Below are positions 19,950 to 29,791 of a stretch of DNA of 64,000 nt, one piece after another. The stretch spans positions 1,357,362 through 1,421,361 of the forward strand of contig CBDESM010000003.1 of NCBI GenBank assembly GCA_965242485.1, in the 5' to 3' direction. The notes below the pieces were generated by a model. It was not told where the DNA came from and did no database searches. It was given only the letters and a program-made list of their open reading frames with translations. The position numbers and the translations under genes were made by a program. Within the stretch, counting starts at the first letter, position 1, and each line of letters begins with the position of its first letter. Source of the stretch: Dehalococcoidia bacterium. GTDB taxonomy: Bacteria > Chloroflexota > Dehalococcoidia > Bin125.

Positions 19950-20666
19950 ATGGCAGACCTCGATCACGTGCAGGCGCTGGCTTGGGACATCGGCGGCACG
20001 ATCTTCGACTGGCACCACACGATCCGCGACGAGGTCGCGGCCATCGCCGAGTCGCAGGGCGCGGAGCTCGACGCGGCGGCGTTCACCAACCAGTGGCGCT
20101 TCACGATGTTCCGCCGGCTCCAGCTGGTGCGGCGCGGCGACCTGCCCTGGCTCAACGCCGACCAGCTGCACCGCCGCGTGCTCGACGAGGTGCTCGATGA
20201 TCACCCGCAAATCCAGCTGAACTTCGAGCAACGCGATGAGCTGAATCAAGTCTGGCACCGGCTCAACTGCTGGCCCGGTTCGGCCGAAGCGCTCGAGGCG
20301 CTGCGCTCGCGCTACCGCGTGACCGTCCTCACCGTGATGTCCTGGGCCATAGCCGTGGACAGCTCGAAGCACAACGGCATCTCGTGGGACGGCATCCTCT
20401 CCTGCGAGCTCCTCGGCCACTACAAGCCCGAGCGCGAGGCGTACCAAGCCGGCGCCCGCCTGCTCGGCCTCGAGACGAGTCAAGTGATGATGTGCGCCGC
20501 CCACAAGGGTGACCTCAAGGCCGCCGCCGTGACGGGCATGCCCACGGCCTACGTGCCGATCCCCGGCGAGCGCGGCGAAGGCAACGACCCCGACCTCAGC
20601 CCCGACCCCAGCTTCACCGTCAACGCCACCGATTTCTCCGATCTGGCCAAGCAGCTGCTGGCCTGA
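19950..20666 (+). CDS. HAD-superfamily hydrolase, haloacid-dehalogenase type II-like
   Basis: Start MADLDHVQALAWDIGGTIFDW (motif I DxGGT), with GGAGGA upstream. HYKPEREAYQ region typical of HAD-II. Confidence 0.6.
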   Translation: MADLDHVQALAWDIGGTIFDWHHTIRDEVAAIAESQGAELDAAAFTNQWRFTMFRRLQLVRRGDLPWLNADQLHRRVLDEVLDDHPQIQLNFEQRDELNQVWHRLNCWPGSAEALEALRSRYRVTVLTVMSWAIAVDSSKHNGISWDGILSCELLGHYKPEREAYQAGARLLGLETSQVMMCAAHKGDLKAAAVTGMPTAYVPIPGERGEGNDPDLSPDPSFTVNATDFSDLAKQLLA

Positions 20667-20722
20667 ATTCAACAGCAGGTACCGTGGACGCATCTCGCCG
20701 TTGCGGGGATCAGGAGTGAACG

Positions 20723-21352
20723 ATGAGCTGCAAAGAGCCCGATGAGGCTCGTTCCGGTTGGGGGCTTTTGCCGTCGCGCATCGTTGCCGCTTGTTCGGGG
20801 CTTCCACGGACGGAACTGGATCGCTGGCGGCGTTGCGGGGTGCTGCCCGTGACGGTTGAGTGCTTGGAAGACGGCGAACCCGGCACGGCCGGCTGGCATT
20901 ACACATGGGCTGAACATCAGCGGGCAATCGCCGCGGCCAAGATGCTCGATCTGGGAATCGGGCAGGAGCAACTTGCCAGCGCGATGCAACGGCTCGACGA
21001 AGCGTGCGAATTCTGGCCAGTCACGCTGCTTCCCGAGTTGTTGGAACGGGAGCTTCCCCGCAGTGTGGAGGCGTGGCGCTTCCGAGCGGAGCGGACGTAC
21101 GAAGGCGCCCTCGGCCGCCTGCGGGATTTCGGCGACGTGGTGCGCATGGAGCATCAGAAGCTGGGCGGGATGCCGACGGTGTGCGGACGCCGGATCGGCA
21201 CGGACATGCTGGCACGCGAACATGACGGCGGCAGCACGATCGAGGAGATCTCCCGCGAGTACTGGATCACGCCGGTTGAAGTGAGGCGCGCCGTCGAATT
21301 CGAGCGGGCCGTCGACGAGTTCTGGCTGGCTGATGCGCCTGCTGCTGGATGA
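20723..21352 (+). CDS. MerR-like HTH + DUF433 protein (paralogue 2)
   Basis: 209 aa. C-terminal EYWITPVEVRRAVEFERA is a DUF433 signature; N-terminus parallels the gene at 376..1017. Overlaps the downstream DUF5615 gene by 20 nt. Confidence 0.6.
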   Translation: MSCKEPDEARSGWGLLPSRIVAACSGLPRTELDRWRRCGVLPVTVECLEDGEPGTAGWHYTWAEHQRAIAAAKMLDLGIGQEQLASAMQRLDEACEFWPVTLLPELLERELPRSVEAWRFRAERTYEGALGRLRDFGDVVRMEHQKLGGMPTVCGRRIGTDMLAREHDGGSTIEEISREYWITPVEVRRAVEFERAVDEFWLADAPAAG

Positions 21353-21746
21353 AAACATCACGCCAAGGCTGGTCCACGCGCTCCGGCAGTTCGGGGATCA
21401 CGCGGTCCACGCGAACAACGTCGACCTGAACTCGACGCCGGACCCGACAATTTTGGCGTACGCGGTGGCGAACCGCTACGACGCGATCATTACCCGCGAC
21501 GGCTACGACGAACCGACGGAGCGCCGCGCCGCGATCGACGCAATGCGGAAGGGACTTCGGATCGTGGAGTTGAGGTTCCGATCCAATGCGCGCGGAAGCG
21601 GCAGGGCGCCGGAGCAAATTCAGCTCATACTGGACAACCGGCCGGCAATTCAGCGGGCTGTCGCGGCCAGCTCGACGACGCGGAAGATCGTGCTGAGCGG
21701 AAGCACGATGGGAGTCGTGCGGACCGTCGAACTCTCCGATCTCTAA
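21333..21746 (+). CDS. DUF5615 (PIN-like) protein, putative toxin
   Basis: MRLLLDENITPRLVHALRQFGDHAVHANNVDLNSTPDPTILAYAVANRYDAIITRDGYDE is a canonical DUF5615 start. Confidence 0.7.
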   Translation: MRLLLDENITPRLVHALRQFGDHAVHANNVDLNSTPDPTILAYAVANRYDAIITRDGYDEPTERRAAIDAMRKGLRIVELRFRSNARGSGRAPEQIQLILDNRPAIQRAVAASSTTRKIVLSGSTMGVVRTVELSDL

Positions 21747-21785
21747 TCTTCGTGCCACGGTTCCAATGGCGCCTCGAGAGGCGCC

Positions 21786-22529
21786 TCAGGCGAGGCTGCC
21801 GCCGTCTACGAGGAACTCGGAGCCGGTGCAGAAGCTGGATTCGTCGCTGGCCAGGAAGAGGGCGAGGTTGGCGACTTCGGAGGGGTCGGCGGCGCGGCGC
21901 AGGGGGACGTTGCGGAGGAACCGCTGCGGGTCGGATTCATAGCCGGGCACTTGCTGCAGCATCGCGGTCTCGATCGGGCCGGGGTGGATCGAATTGACGC
22001 GGATGCCGAAGCGGCCCCACTCGCGCGCGGCGACTTTGGTCATGCCGCGGACGGCGAACTTGCTGGCGGTGTAGGCGATCGCGCCCTGCCCGGCGCGGAA
22101 CCCGGCGGTGGACGAGATGTTGACCACCGAGCCCGATTGCTGCTCGATCATCTGCCGGCCGCACGCCTTCATCCCCAGCCAGACGCCGATCTGGTTCACC
22201 TCGATCACCAGCCGGTACGTCTCCTGATCCATCTCGGTCACCGGCGCATTGCGGTAGATGCCGGCGTTGTTGACCAGCACGTCGAGCTTGCCGTGGTCTT
22301 CGACGATCCCGGCGACGATCGCGCCCCATGCGGATTCGTCGGTCACGTCGAGCCGCCGGTAGGAGGCCGCTGCTCCGATCCGCGTGGCCGCCGCTTCGCC
22401 CTCGGCGTCGAGCACGTCGGCCAGGATCACCCGCGCGCCCTCGGCCGCGAACAGTTCCGCCTCGGCCGCGCCCTGTCCGCGCGCGGCGCCCGTGATCAGC
22501 GCCACTTTCCCCGCCAGTCGCTCGCCCAT
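21786..22529 (-). CDS. SDR family oxidoreductase
   Basis: Start MGERLAGKVALITGAARGQGAAEA. NNAG and YxxxK SDR core. Confidence 0.75.
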   Translation of the reverse strand: MGERLAGKVALITGAARGQGAAEAELFAAEGARVILADVLDAEGEAAATRIGAAASYRRLDVTDESAWGAIVAGIVEDHGKLDVLVNNAGIYRNAPVTEMDQETYRLVIEVNQIGVWLGMKACGRQMIEQQSGSVVNISSTAGFRAGQGAIAYTASKFAVRGMTKVAAREWGRFGIRVNSIHPGPIETAMLQQVPGYESDPQRFLRNVPLRRAADPSEVANLALFLASDESSFCTGSEFLVDGGSLA

Positions 22530-22636
22530 CTCGCGCTCCTTCCCCGCAGCCGCGGCCATCGCCCCGGCTGCCGTCGAGCGAGGATAAGCATTCGCGGCGG
22601 CCCTATCTTGGGCGCAGGTTCCGAGAGGGGGACGGC

Positions 22637-23488
22637 ATGGCGGATCGACTGGACGGCAAAGTGGCGGTGGTGACCGGAGGTGCGAGCGGGATCGGCGAGG
22701 GCGCGGTGCAGCTCTTCGCCGAAGAGGGCGCGCGCGTGCTCGCCGCCGACATCCTCGACGAGCGCGGGCAGTCGGTGGTCGAATCGATCGGCCCCAGCGC
22801 GGCCTACATCCACGCCGACGTTTCGAAGGAGGCCGACGTGGCCGGCGCGGTCGCGCACGCCGTCGAGCGCTGGGGCCGGATCGACGCGATCTTCAACAAC
22901 GCCGGCGCGGGCGGCGCGAACGCGGGCCTGCTCGAGATCGACGAGGCCGGCTACGACGCGACGATGGACCTGCTGGTCAAGGGCGTCGTGTTCGGGATCA
23001 AGCACGCCGCGCGGGCGATGATGGAGACGGGCGGCGGCGCGATCGTCAATACGGCCTCCGTGGCCGGGATCAACGCGGGCGCCGGCCCCGCGATCTACAG
23101 CGTCGGCAAGGGCGCCGTCGTCCACCTCACCAAGGTGGCCGCCTATGAACTGGGCCAGCACGGCATCCGCGTCAACTGCATCTGCCCGGGCGGAATCGCG
23201 ACGCCGATCTTCGGCAAGGCGATCGGCCTCAGCCCCGAAGACGCGGACAAGACGGTGGAGGCGATGGCGCAGGTGATGGGCGGGGCGCAGCCGATCGCGC
23301 GCTCCGGCATGCCGCGCGACATCGCCAACGCCGCGCTCTGGCTTTCGAGCGATGATTCCACGTTCGTCACCGGCCACGCGCTCGTCGTTGACGGCGGCCT
23401 CACCCTCGGCCGCCCCCGCACCGGCGAGTTCGACCAGAACATCCGCCAGCTCTTCCAATCCCTCGGTCTCGAAGTCCCCGCCGAGTAG
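22637..23488 (+). CDS. SDR family oxidoreductase
   Basis: MADRLDGKVAVVTGGASGIGEGAV. NNAG...YSVGKGAV catalytic region. Confidence 0.75.
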   Translation: MADRLDGKVAVVTGGASGIGEGAVQLFAEEGARVLAADILDERGQSVVESIGPSAAYIHADVSKEADVAGAVAHAVERWGRIDAIFNNAGAGGANAGLLEIDEAGYDATMDLLVKGVVFGIKHAARAMMETGGGAIVNTASVAGINAGAGPAIYSVGKGAVVHLTKVAAYELGQHGIRVNCICPGGIATPIFGKAIGLSPEDADKTVEAMAQVMGGAQPIARSGMPRDIANAALWLSSDDSTFVTGHALVVDGGLTLGRPRTGEFDQNIRQLFQSLGLEVPAE

Positions 23489-23502
23489 CGAGCGGGCTAC
23501 GA

Positions 23503-24207
23503 TTGGCGCAGGAGATTGCGCTGCCGGGAACATTGACTGTGCCAGAGGTTGATCAAGGCTCGTTGAGCACTCGCTTGGTGGCTTCGCTTGCCGGTGTTCG
23601 GCCGTCGCGGCTGGACGGTTGGCATCGGCGAAGCATCGTTCGGGCCAGCACTTCCAAGGCATCGCCGCCCAATCGTTGGTACACGTGGCGCCGATACTGC
23701 CAAGTTCGCGCTGCCGCGAAGCTGCTCGGACGCGGCGTCCCCGCGCGGGCGCTGCGCGATGAGATCGACGCTCTCGATGCGACGGTGCGCGACTGGCCGC
23801 TGCTGACCCTTGGCGAGTATCGGCATTGCGGTGTAGAGCCATGCAGTGCCGGCCCGCCGTTCCTCGCGGTCGTTCGAAACGGCGGCGGGCGGGACGTGAT
23901 TTGGTTCTTGCATGACGAGGCAGGCCTTCCAAGCGAGGCCGCGAGGCGCTTGGAAGTGATCGGCGAACTCCAAGTCGAAGGACCGCTCGCCGGGCTTGCG
24001 CAATACAGCCAGTGGATCGACATGCGCCCGTCCGTCCAAGCGGGCTGGCCGACAATCGTCAGTACCAGGATCACGACCGGAACTATTGCCGGGTATGCCT
24101 CGACCGGCATGTCCGCCGCCGAGATCGCAGACACGCTTTGGCTGAATCTGATGTTGGTGGAGAAGGCGCTCGCCTTCCAGGCCGAAGTCGGCATCCCGGC
24201 GTCTTGA
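23503..24207 (+). CDS. MerR-like HTH + DUF433-related protein (paralogue 3, no DUF5615 partner)
   Basis: 234 aa. The N-terminal region aligns with the paralogues at 376 and 20723 (LAGVRPSRLDGWHRR...YTWRRYCQVRAAAKLLGRGV). The C-terminus is divergent. Confidence 0.5.
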   Translation: MAQEIALPGTLTVPEVDQGSLSTRLVASLAGVRPSRLDGWHRRSIVRASTSKASPPNRWYTWRRYCQVRAAAKLLGRGVPARALRDEIDALDATVRDWPLLTLGEYRHCGVEPCSAGPPFLAVVRNGGGRDVIWFLHDEAGLPSEAARRLEVIGELQVEGPLAGLAQYSQWIDMRPSVQAGWPTIVSTRITTGTIAGYASTGMSAAEIADTLWLNLMLVEKALAFQAEVGIPAS

Positions 24208-24432
24208 GCAGCGCACGGTCTGCTGACCGCTGCGACCCCGGCACCAAGCCTGCCAGGAAGACTCAGCCCTTTCGGATGCGGATCTGATCCAGACGGCGCG
24301 CGGATCATGAACATCGTCCAGCGCGGTGCCGTGATCGAGCTGTTGATGCCGGCGGATGTCGATGCCTGGCTCTCGGCGCGGGGCCTCCCGGCGCTCCCGC
24401 CGCGCTGATTCGGGGGCGGCTACCCTGCGTTC

Positions 24433-25752
24433 GTGCTGCGGCGACCGATCTTCTACGGCTGGGTCGTCGTCGGGGCGGCATTCATCGCGCAGTTCGTGGC
24501 GGTGGGGGTGCAGACCTCGGTTTCGGGGGCCTTCGCGCCGCCGCTGCTGGAGACCTTCGGCTGGTCGCGCACGCAGTACTTCCTGCCCGACACGGTCGGC
24601 CAGGTCGTGATGATGTTCTTCGGGCTGCTGGTCGGGCCCTACATCGACCGGGTCGGGCCGCGCCGGATCATGCTGATCGGCGTGGCCGTGCTGGCGCCGT
24701 CGCTGTTCATCATCAGCCAGCTCGCGGACCTCTGGCAGTGGATTTTGCTGCGCGGCATCTTCATCGCGCCCGGCGCGGCGCTCTGCGGCTTCCTGCTGGC
24801 CAACGTGACCGTTTCCAAGTGGTTCGTGGCCAAGCGCGGGCGCGCGCTGGGCTGGACCTCGATGGGCGTCTCCGCCGCCGGCGTGTTCTGGCCGATCCTC
24901 GCGGCGCTGATGATCACCGCGGTCGATTGGCGCGCCTCCTGGGCCCTGCTCTCGCTGATCTCCTTGATCGTGCTCGTGCCGATGGCGATGCTGATGCGCG
25001 GCCGGCCGGAGGATTACGGACTCCAGCCCGACGGCGAGGCGGCCTCGATCTCCGAGGAGCAGCGGCTCCGCGCCGAACACGACTTCCGCACCTCGCTGAC
25101 CCGGCGCGAGGCGCTGCGCACGCCCGCCTTCTACCTGATCGTGCTGATCTTCGGCGCTTCCGTCGTGGGCATCTACGCGATCCTGCTCAACGGCCTGCTC
25201 TTCCTGCAGGATCACGGCTTCAGCTACGGCTGGGCCGCGGCGCTGGTGCCGGTGATGTCGATCTGCTCGCTGGTCACCAAGGCGCCTTGGGGCTGGGCGC
25301 TGGACCGCTTCGATTCACGCGCCGTCGGCGCGATCAGCTTCGCCATCGCGGCCGCGGGCTTCGCCGCCGTCGTGCTTTCAGCCGACACCGGCTCGGTGAT
25401 CATCGTGGCGCTGGCGATGGCGCTGCTGGGCTGTGGGATCGGCGGCAACATCCCGATCGGGGAGATGCTCTGGGCCGAGTACTTCGGGCGGCGCTACTTG
25501 GGCGCGGTGCGCGGGCTCGGCTTCCCCGTCTCGAGCGGCATCTCGGCAGTCACGCCCGTCGCGATCGCGCTCTACTTCGACCGGATCGGCTCCTACGACG
25601 GGGCCTTCTACGCCTGCGCGGGGCTCTGGGCGCTGTGCGCGCTGCTCTGCGCGTCGCTGCGGCTGCCGGCGAAGAGGCGGGGGGGCGCCCGCCTCTTCGC
25701 GCAGCGGATGCTGCTCGCCGCCCTGCCCGAGCGGCAGAAGCCGTCGGGCTGA
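24433..25752 (+). CDS. MFS transporter
   Basis: 439 aa, about 12 predicted TM helices; oxalate/formate-antiporter-like organisation. Confidence 0.7.
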   Translation: MLRRPIFYGWVVVGAAFIAQFVAVGVQTSVSGAFAPPLLETFGWSRTQYFLPDTVGQVVMMFFGLLVGPYIDRVGPRRIMLIGVAVLAPSLFIISQLADLWQWILLRGIFIAPGAALCGFLLANVTVSKWFVAKRGRALGWTSMGVSAAGVFWPILAALMITAVDWRASWALLSLISLIVLVPMAMLMRGRPEDYGLQPDGEAASISEEQRLRAEHDFRTSLTRREALRTPAFYLIVLIFGASVVGIYAILLNGLLFLQDHGFSYGWAAALVPVMSICSLVTKAPWGWALDRFDSRAVGAISFAIAAAGFAAVVLSADTGSVIIVALAMALLGCGIGGNIPIGEMLWAEYFGRRYLGAVRGLGFPVSSGISAVTPVAIALYFDRIGSYDGAFYACAGLWALCALLCASLRLPAKRRGGARLFAQRMLLAALPERQKPSG

Positions 25753-25782
25753 GGCGGCGGGCGATCCGCTTCCGCGCGGCTG

Positions 25783-26637
25783 CTAGCTGCCGCGCGTGTC
25801 CGTGCAGTCGGTCGGGATGGTCAGCACCGGGCTGCGCAGCCAGTTGTTGTGGTCCGGGTAGCGCGAGCTGCTCTCGGCCGGGAAGTAGCGCGCGCTGGGC
25901 ACGCAGTCGTCGGCGCCGGTGGCGTCGAAGGCGAACTCGGTGCGGCCGTTGGCGACGCGGCGGGCGATGATGCGTCCGCTGACGCCGTTGCCGAGGTCGA
26001 TCTCGGAACTGCGCAGCCAGCGGCCGATGCGGTCCTCGGGCAGCGGGTCCGGGAAGTAGCGCGCCCGCGGCGTGATCACGTCCGTCTCGCCCTCGAGCCG
26101 CATGCCGAACTCGATCTGGCCCTCGCGGCCGGTGTTGTCGGAGACGCGCGCCACGATCCGCGCCTGGACGGAGTCCTCGTCCGACATGGCTCCGTCATCG
26201 CCGCCCGCATCGGGCTCCGACGCGGGCTCCTCCGGCGCGGGGTCGGGCGGCGGAGGCGGCGCGACCGCGGTGAACTCGCTCGGCTCGACCTTCTTGACCG
26301 AGCCCTGCCCGACGTCGAGCACTTCCGTGCGCCGGGTGCCCGAGCTGCTGACGATCTCGATCCGGCCGGTCGCGGCGTCGGACTGGTTCGGGAAGATCGC
26401 CCACTGGCCGGCGGTGATCACGGCGCGGGTGACCTCTTCGCCGTCGGCCTCGCTGACGAAGCGGACGACGGCGCCGTTGTCGGCGTGGTAGCCGGTGCCC
26501 CAGAACCAGTGCGGGGGCGGGCTCGTGCCCTGCGCGCCGGCGCCGGGGCTGAACAGCGCGAACAGCAGGGCGGCTAAGCCTGCGACGGCCGCAACCTGCC
26601 AGATTCGGCGCTTGAGGGGGAGTTGACTGACATTCAC
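25783..26637 (-). CDS. Secreted hypothetical protein (tandem paralogue 1)
   Basis: GTG start inferred 6 nt after GGAGGT (VNVSQLPLKRRIWQVAAVAGLAALLFALFSPGAGAQG signal peptide). Pro-rich linker. C-terminal half nearly identical at DNA level to the next gene. Confidence 0.55.
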   Translation of the reverse strand: MNVSQLPLKRRIWQVAAVAGLAALLFALFSPGAGAQGTSPPPHWFWGTGYHADNGAVVRFVSEADGEEVTRAVITAGQWAIFPNQSDAATGRIEIVSSSGTRRTEVLDVGQGSVKKVEPSEFTAVAPPPPPDPAPEEPASEPDAGGDDGAMSDEDSVQARIVARVSDNTGREGQIEFGMRLEGETDVITPRARYFPDPLPEDRIGRWLRSSEIDLGNGVSGRIIARRVANGRTEFAFDATGADDCVPSARYFPAESSSRYPDHNNWLRSPVLTIPTDCTDTRGS

Positions 26638-26767
26638 GCTGCGACCTCCATGGTGTTCCGGTTCCACCCGCTGTTGCACTATAGACATAACGCTCGGATA
26701 TAGCGCAAGGTTCCCGCGCTTCCGCGCCAGATTGAGCAGCTGCTCGGCGGCGGCGTCCTGTTCATCG

Positions 26768-27607
26768 CTAGCCGCCGCGCGTGTCCGTGCAGTCGGTCGG
26801 GATGGTCAGCACCGGGCTGCGCAGCCAGTTGTTGTGGTCGGGGTAGCGCGAGCTGCCCTCGGCCGGGAAGTAGCGCGCGCTGGGCACGCAGTCGCCGCCA
26901 TCAGTCGCGTCGAAGGCGAACTCGGTGCGGCCGTCGGCGACGCGGCGGGCGATGATGCGTCCGCTGGCGCCGTTGCCGAGGTCGATCACGGAGCTGCGCA
27001 GCCAGCTGCCGATGCGGCTCTCCGGCAGCGGGTCCGGGAAGTAGCGCGCCCGCGGCGTGATCACGTCCGTCTCGCCCTCGATCCGCATGCCGAACTCGAT
27101 GCTGCCCTCGCGGCCGGGATTGTCGGAAACGCGCGCCACGATCCGCGCTTCAACCGAGCCGGTCTCTGCCGCCGGCTCGGTTTCCGGAGCAGGTTCGGGA
27201 ACCGGTTCCGGTTCCGGCTCAGGCGGGACGTATACGGAGAATTCGCTCGGCAGGATCCGCTGCACCACGCCTTCTCCGACGCTGAACACCTCCGTGCGGC
27301 GGGTCTCGGACTCGGCGACGATCTCGATCCAGCCGGTCGGGGCGGCGAGCCGATGCACCGTGATCGACCACATGCCGTTGCCGATCACGGTGCGGACGGC
27401 CTCTTCGCCGTCGGCCTCGTTGACGAAGCGGAGGACTGCCCCGTTGTCGGCCTTGTAGCTCATGCCCCAGAACCAGTGCGGGGGTCCGTCCGCCGTGCCC
27501 TGCGCGCCGGCGCCCGGGCTGAATGCCGCGAGCAGCAGGGCCGCGAGGCCCGCGATTGCCGCAAGTTGCCAAGTTCGATGCTTGAGGGAGAGTTGACCGA
27601 CGCTCAC
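26768..27607 (-). CDS. Secreted hypothetical protein (tandem paralogue 2)
   Basis: Same RBS/GTG context (GGAGGTCGCAGCGTG) as paralogue 1. Signal peptide, PEPEPEP linker, C-terminal ~150 aa almost identical to paralogue 1. Confidence 0.55.
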   Translation of the reverse strand: MSVGQLSLKHRTWQLAAIAGLAALLLAAFSPGAGAQGTADGPPHWFWGMSYKADNGAVLRFVNEADGEEAVRTVIGNGMWSITVHRLAAPTGWIEIVAESETRRTEVFSVGEGVVQRILPSEFSVYVPPEPEPEPVPEPAPETEPAAETGSVEARIVARVSDNPGREGSIEFGMRIEGETDVITPRARYFPDPLPESRIGSWLRSSVIDLGNGASGRIIARRVADGRTEFAFDATDGGDCVPSARYFPAEGSSRYPDHNNWLRSPVLTIPTDCTDTRGG

Positions 27608-27710
27608 GCTGCGACCTCCATGCCGTTGCGGTTCCACTATCACATAACGACGCGGCTTGGAGGAAGGTTCCCGCGCCTTCGGGCCGGATGCGCGGAGCAG
27701 GCGCAGGCCG

Positions 27711-28469
27711 CTACTTGGCGGTGAAGCCGCCGTCCACGGCCAGTTCCGCGCCGGTAATGTAGGACGCCTCGTCCGACGCGAGGAAGAGCACCGCGTTCGC
27801 CACTTCCTCGACCTCGCCGGTGCGCCGCATCGGGATCGAGCGCCGCAGCCGCGCCAAGTCGTCGGGCGTCTGCGGAGCGCCGCTGCGCATCGGCGGCATG
27901 AAGCCGGGATGGACCGAGTTGACGCGGATGCCATCCGGCGCGAGCCGCACGGCCATCGCCTTGCTCAAGTTCCGCACGCCGGCCTTCGAAGCGTGGTAGG
28001 CCGGGTGCCCGCCGGCGCTGCCGACCAGCCCGTAGATCGAGGAGATGTTGACGATCGAGCCGCCGGGCGGGTCGGAGCCGCGCATCGCTTCCGCGCCGTG
28101 CGTGCAGCCGAGGAAGACGCCGGTCGCGTTGACCGCCATGATCCGGTGCCAGCCCTCGGTGCTGGCCGGATCCGGCTCCGAGCCGCTGCTCAGCCCGGCG
28201 TTGTTGACCAGCGCGTCCAGACCGCCGTGCCGTTCCAGCGCCGTCGCGATCAGCGCCTTCCAATCCGCTTCCGAGCTTACGTCCGCGTGGATGTACAGCG
28301 CCTCGCCGCCCCCGGCCCGGATCTCGGCTGCGACCTGCTCGCCGAGCTCGTCCGAAACGTCGGCGAGGATCACGCGCGCACCCTCGCGGGCGAACAGCCG
28401 CGCCTCGGCCGCGCCCATCCCGGACGCGGCCCCCGTGACGATGGCGGACTTGCCGTCGAGCCGTCCCAT
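27711..28469 (-). CDS. SDR family oxidoreductase
   Basis: MGRLDGKSAIVTGAASGMGAAEA. NNAG and YHASKAG motifs. Confidence 0.75.
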   Translation of the reverse strand: MGRLDGKSAIVTGAASGMGAAEARLFAREGARVILADVSDELGEQVAAEIRAGGGEALYIHADVSSEADWKALIATALERHGGLDALVNNAGLSSGSEPDPASTEGWHRIMAVNATGVFLGCTHGAEAMRGSDPPGGSIVNISSIYGLVGSAGGHPAYHASKAGVRNLSKAMAVRLAPDGIRVNSVHPGFMPPMRSGAPQTPDDLARLRRSIPMRRTGEVEEVANAVLFLASDEASYITGAELAVDGGFTAK

Positions 28470-28502
28470 TCGCGGACCCCGCGATCTGCTTGGCGCGGGC
28501 GG

Positions 28503-29702
28503 CTACGCGCCGTTGCCCGTCACCGACGCGGGCGGCGGCGGCAGGTGGTAGATGCGCTCGGCAGTGTCGCGCAGCACCTTGCGGCGCACGCCCTCGTCGA
28601 GGTCGGTCAGCACCTCGGTGATGTGCTCCTGCGCCTTCGGGTAGAGGCAGGTCGGGTGCGGGAAATCGGTCTCGAACATCACGTTGTCCTCGCCGATCGC
28701 CTCGATCGTCGCGCGCGGCCCGAAATCCTCGAACCAGAACGACGCGTAGACCTGCCGCCGGAAGTACTCCGAGGGCTTCATCGTCAGGCCCTCGCGCTCC
28801 GTCGGCACCGTCTCCTGCCACTGGTAGTCCATCGCCTCCAGCAGGAACGGCACCCAGCCGATCCCGCTCTCGACCGAGACGAAGTTGAGCCGCGGCCAGC
28901 GCTCCAGCATCCCCGAGAAGATCAGGTTGATGATCACCTTGAAGTTGGTGATGAACAGGCAGATCGAGGCCAGCGCCAGCTGCCGCTGCGGCCCGTAGCC
29001 CTTCCAGACCAGCTTGTCGACCACGCCCGCGCCCGCGCCGATGTGGAAGTTGACCGGCATCTCCAGCGCGTCGCAGGCCTCCCAGAACGGATCCCAAGCC
29101 GGGTCGTTCAGGTAGGGCAGCCCGAACGCTTCCGGCGTGTCGCACATCGTGATCCCGGTCATCCCCATGTCGTGGATGCGCTGCAGCTCCTCGACCGCCG
29201 CCGGAATGTCCCAGAACGGCACCAGCCCCTGCGGGAACAGCCGCCCGTCGCCGGCCGCCTGGAACTCCGCCACCGCGTCGTTGTAGACCGTGCAGCAGAC
29301 GTTGCGCAGTTCTTCGTCCTCGATTTTGATGAAGTTCTGCGAGCCGAACCCGGCCACGTTGGGGTACACGATCTGCTGCGCGATGCCCAGCTTGTCCAGC
29401 AGCCCCAGCCGCGCCACGGGGTCGGTCGCCGCGGCCGACATCTCCTCGAACGAGCCCAGCCCGATCACCCCGTACTCCTTCGACCCGTCCTCTTTCACCA
29501 CCGTGAAGCCGGGCGGCCCGAAATCGATCTGCGACTGCCCGTCGGGCGAGATCGCCCAGCGCACGTCGCCGGCGTCGTTGGTGATGATGTGCGGCACCCG
29601 GTCCTTGAACTTCGCCGGCGCCCGCGAGGTCCACAGGTCGGGCGGCTCCGTGTAATGCGAATCGATGTCCACCACCGGGATCCCGTGCACGGTCAAGCTC
29701 AT
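28503..29702 (-). CDS. Amidohydrolase family protein (PF04909-like, ACMSD-type)
   Basis: Start MSLTVHGIPVVDIDSHYTEPPDLW with GAGGAG RBS. DxH...FHIG...ETDFPH metal-binding pattern. Confidence 0.7.
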   Translation of the reverse strand: MSLTVHGIPVVDIDSHYTEPPDLWTSRAPAKFKDRVPHIITNDAGDVRWAISPDGQSQIDFGPPGFTVVKEDGSKEYGVIGLGSFEEMSAAATDPVARLGLLDKLGIAQQIVYPNVAGFGSQNFIKIEDEELRNVCCTVYNDAVAEFQAAGDGRLFPQGLVPFWDIPAAVEELQRIHDMGMTGITMCDTPEAFGLPYLNDPAWDPFWEACDALEMPVNFHIGAGAGVVDKLVWKGYGPQRQLALASICLFITNFKVIINLIFSGMLERWPRLNFVSVESGIGWVPFLLEAMDYQWQETVPTEREGLTMKPSEYFRRQVYASFWFEDFGPRATIEAIGEDNVMFETDFPHPTCLYPKAQEHITEVLTDLDEGVRRKVLRDTAERIYHLPPPPASVTGNGA

Positions 29703-29791
29703 CTCAGGCTCCTCTCGCCCGTATCCAGCTTCCGTAATCCTAGCCCCGCCGGACCTTGCGGGGCGCGGCGGCCCCGCGATACTCTGGCCGC

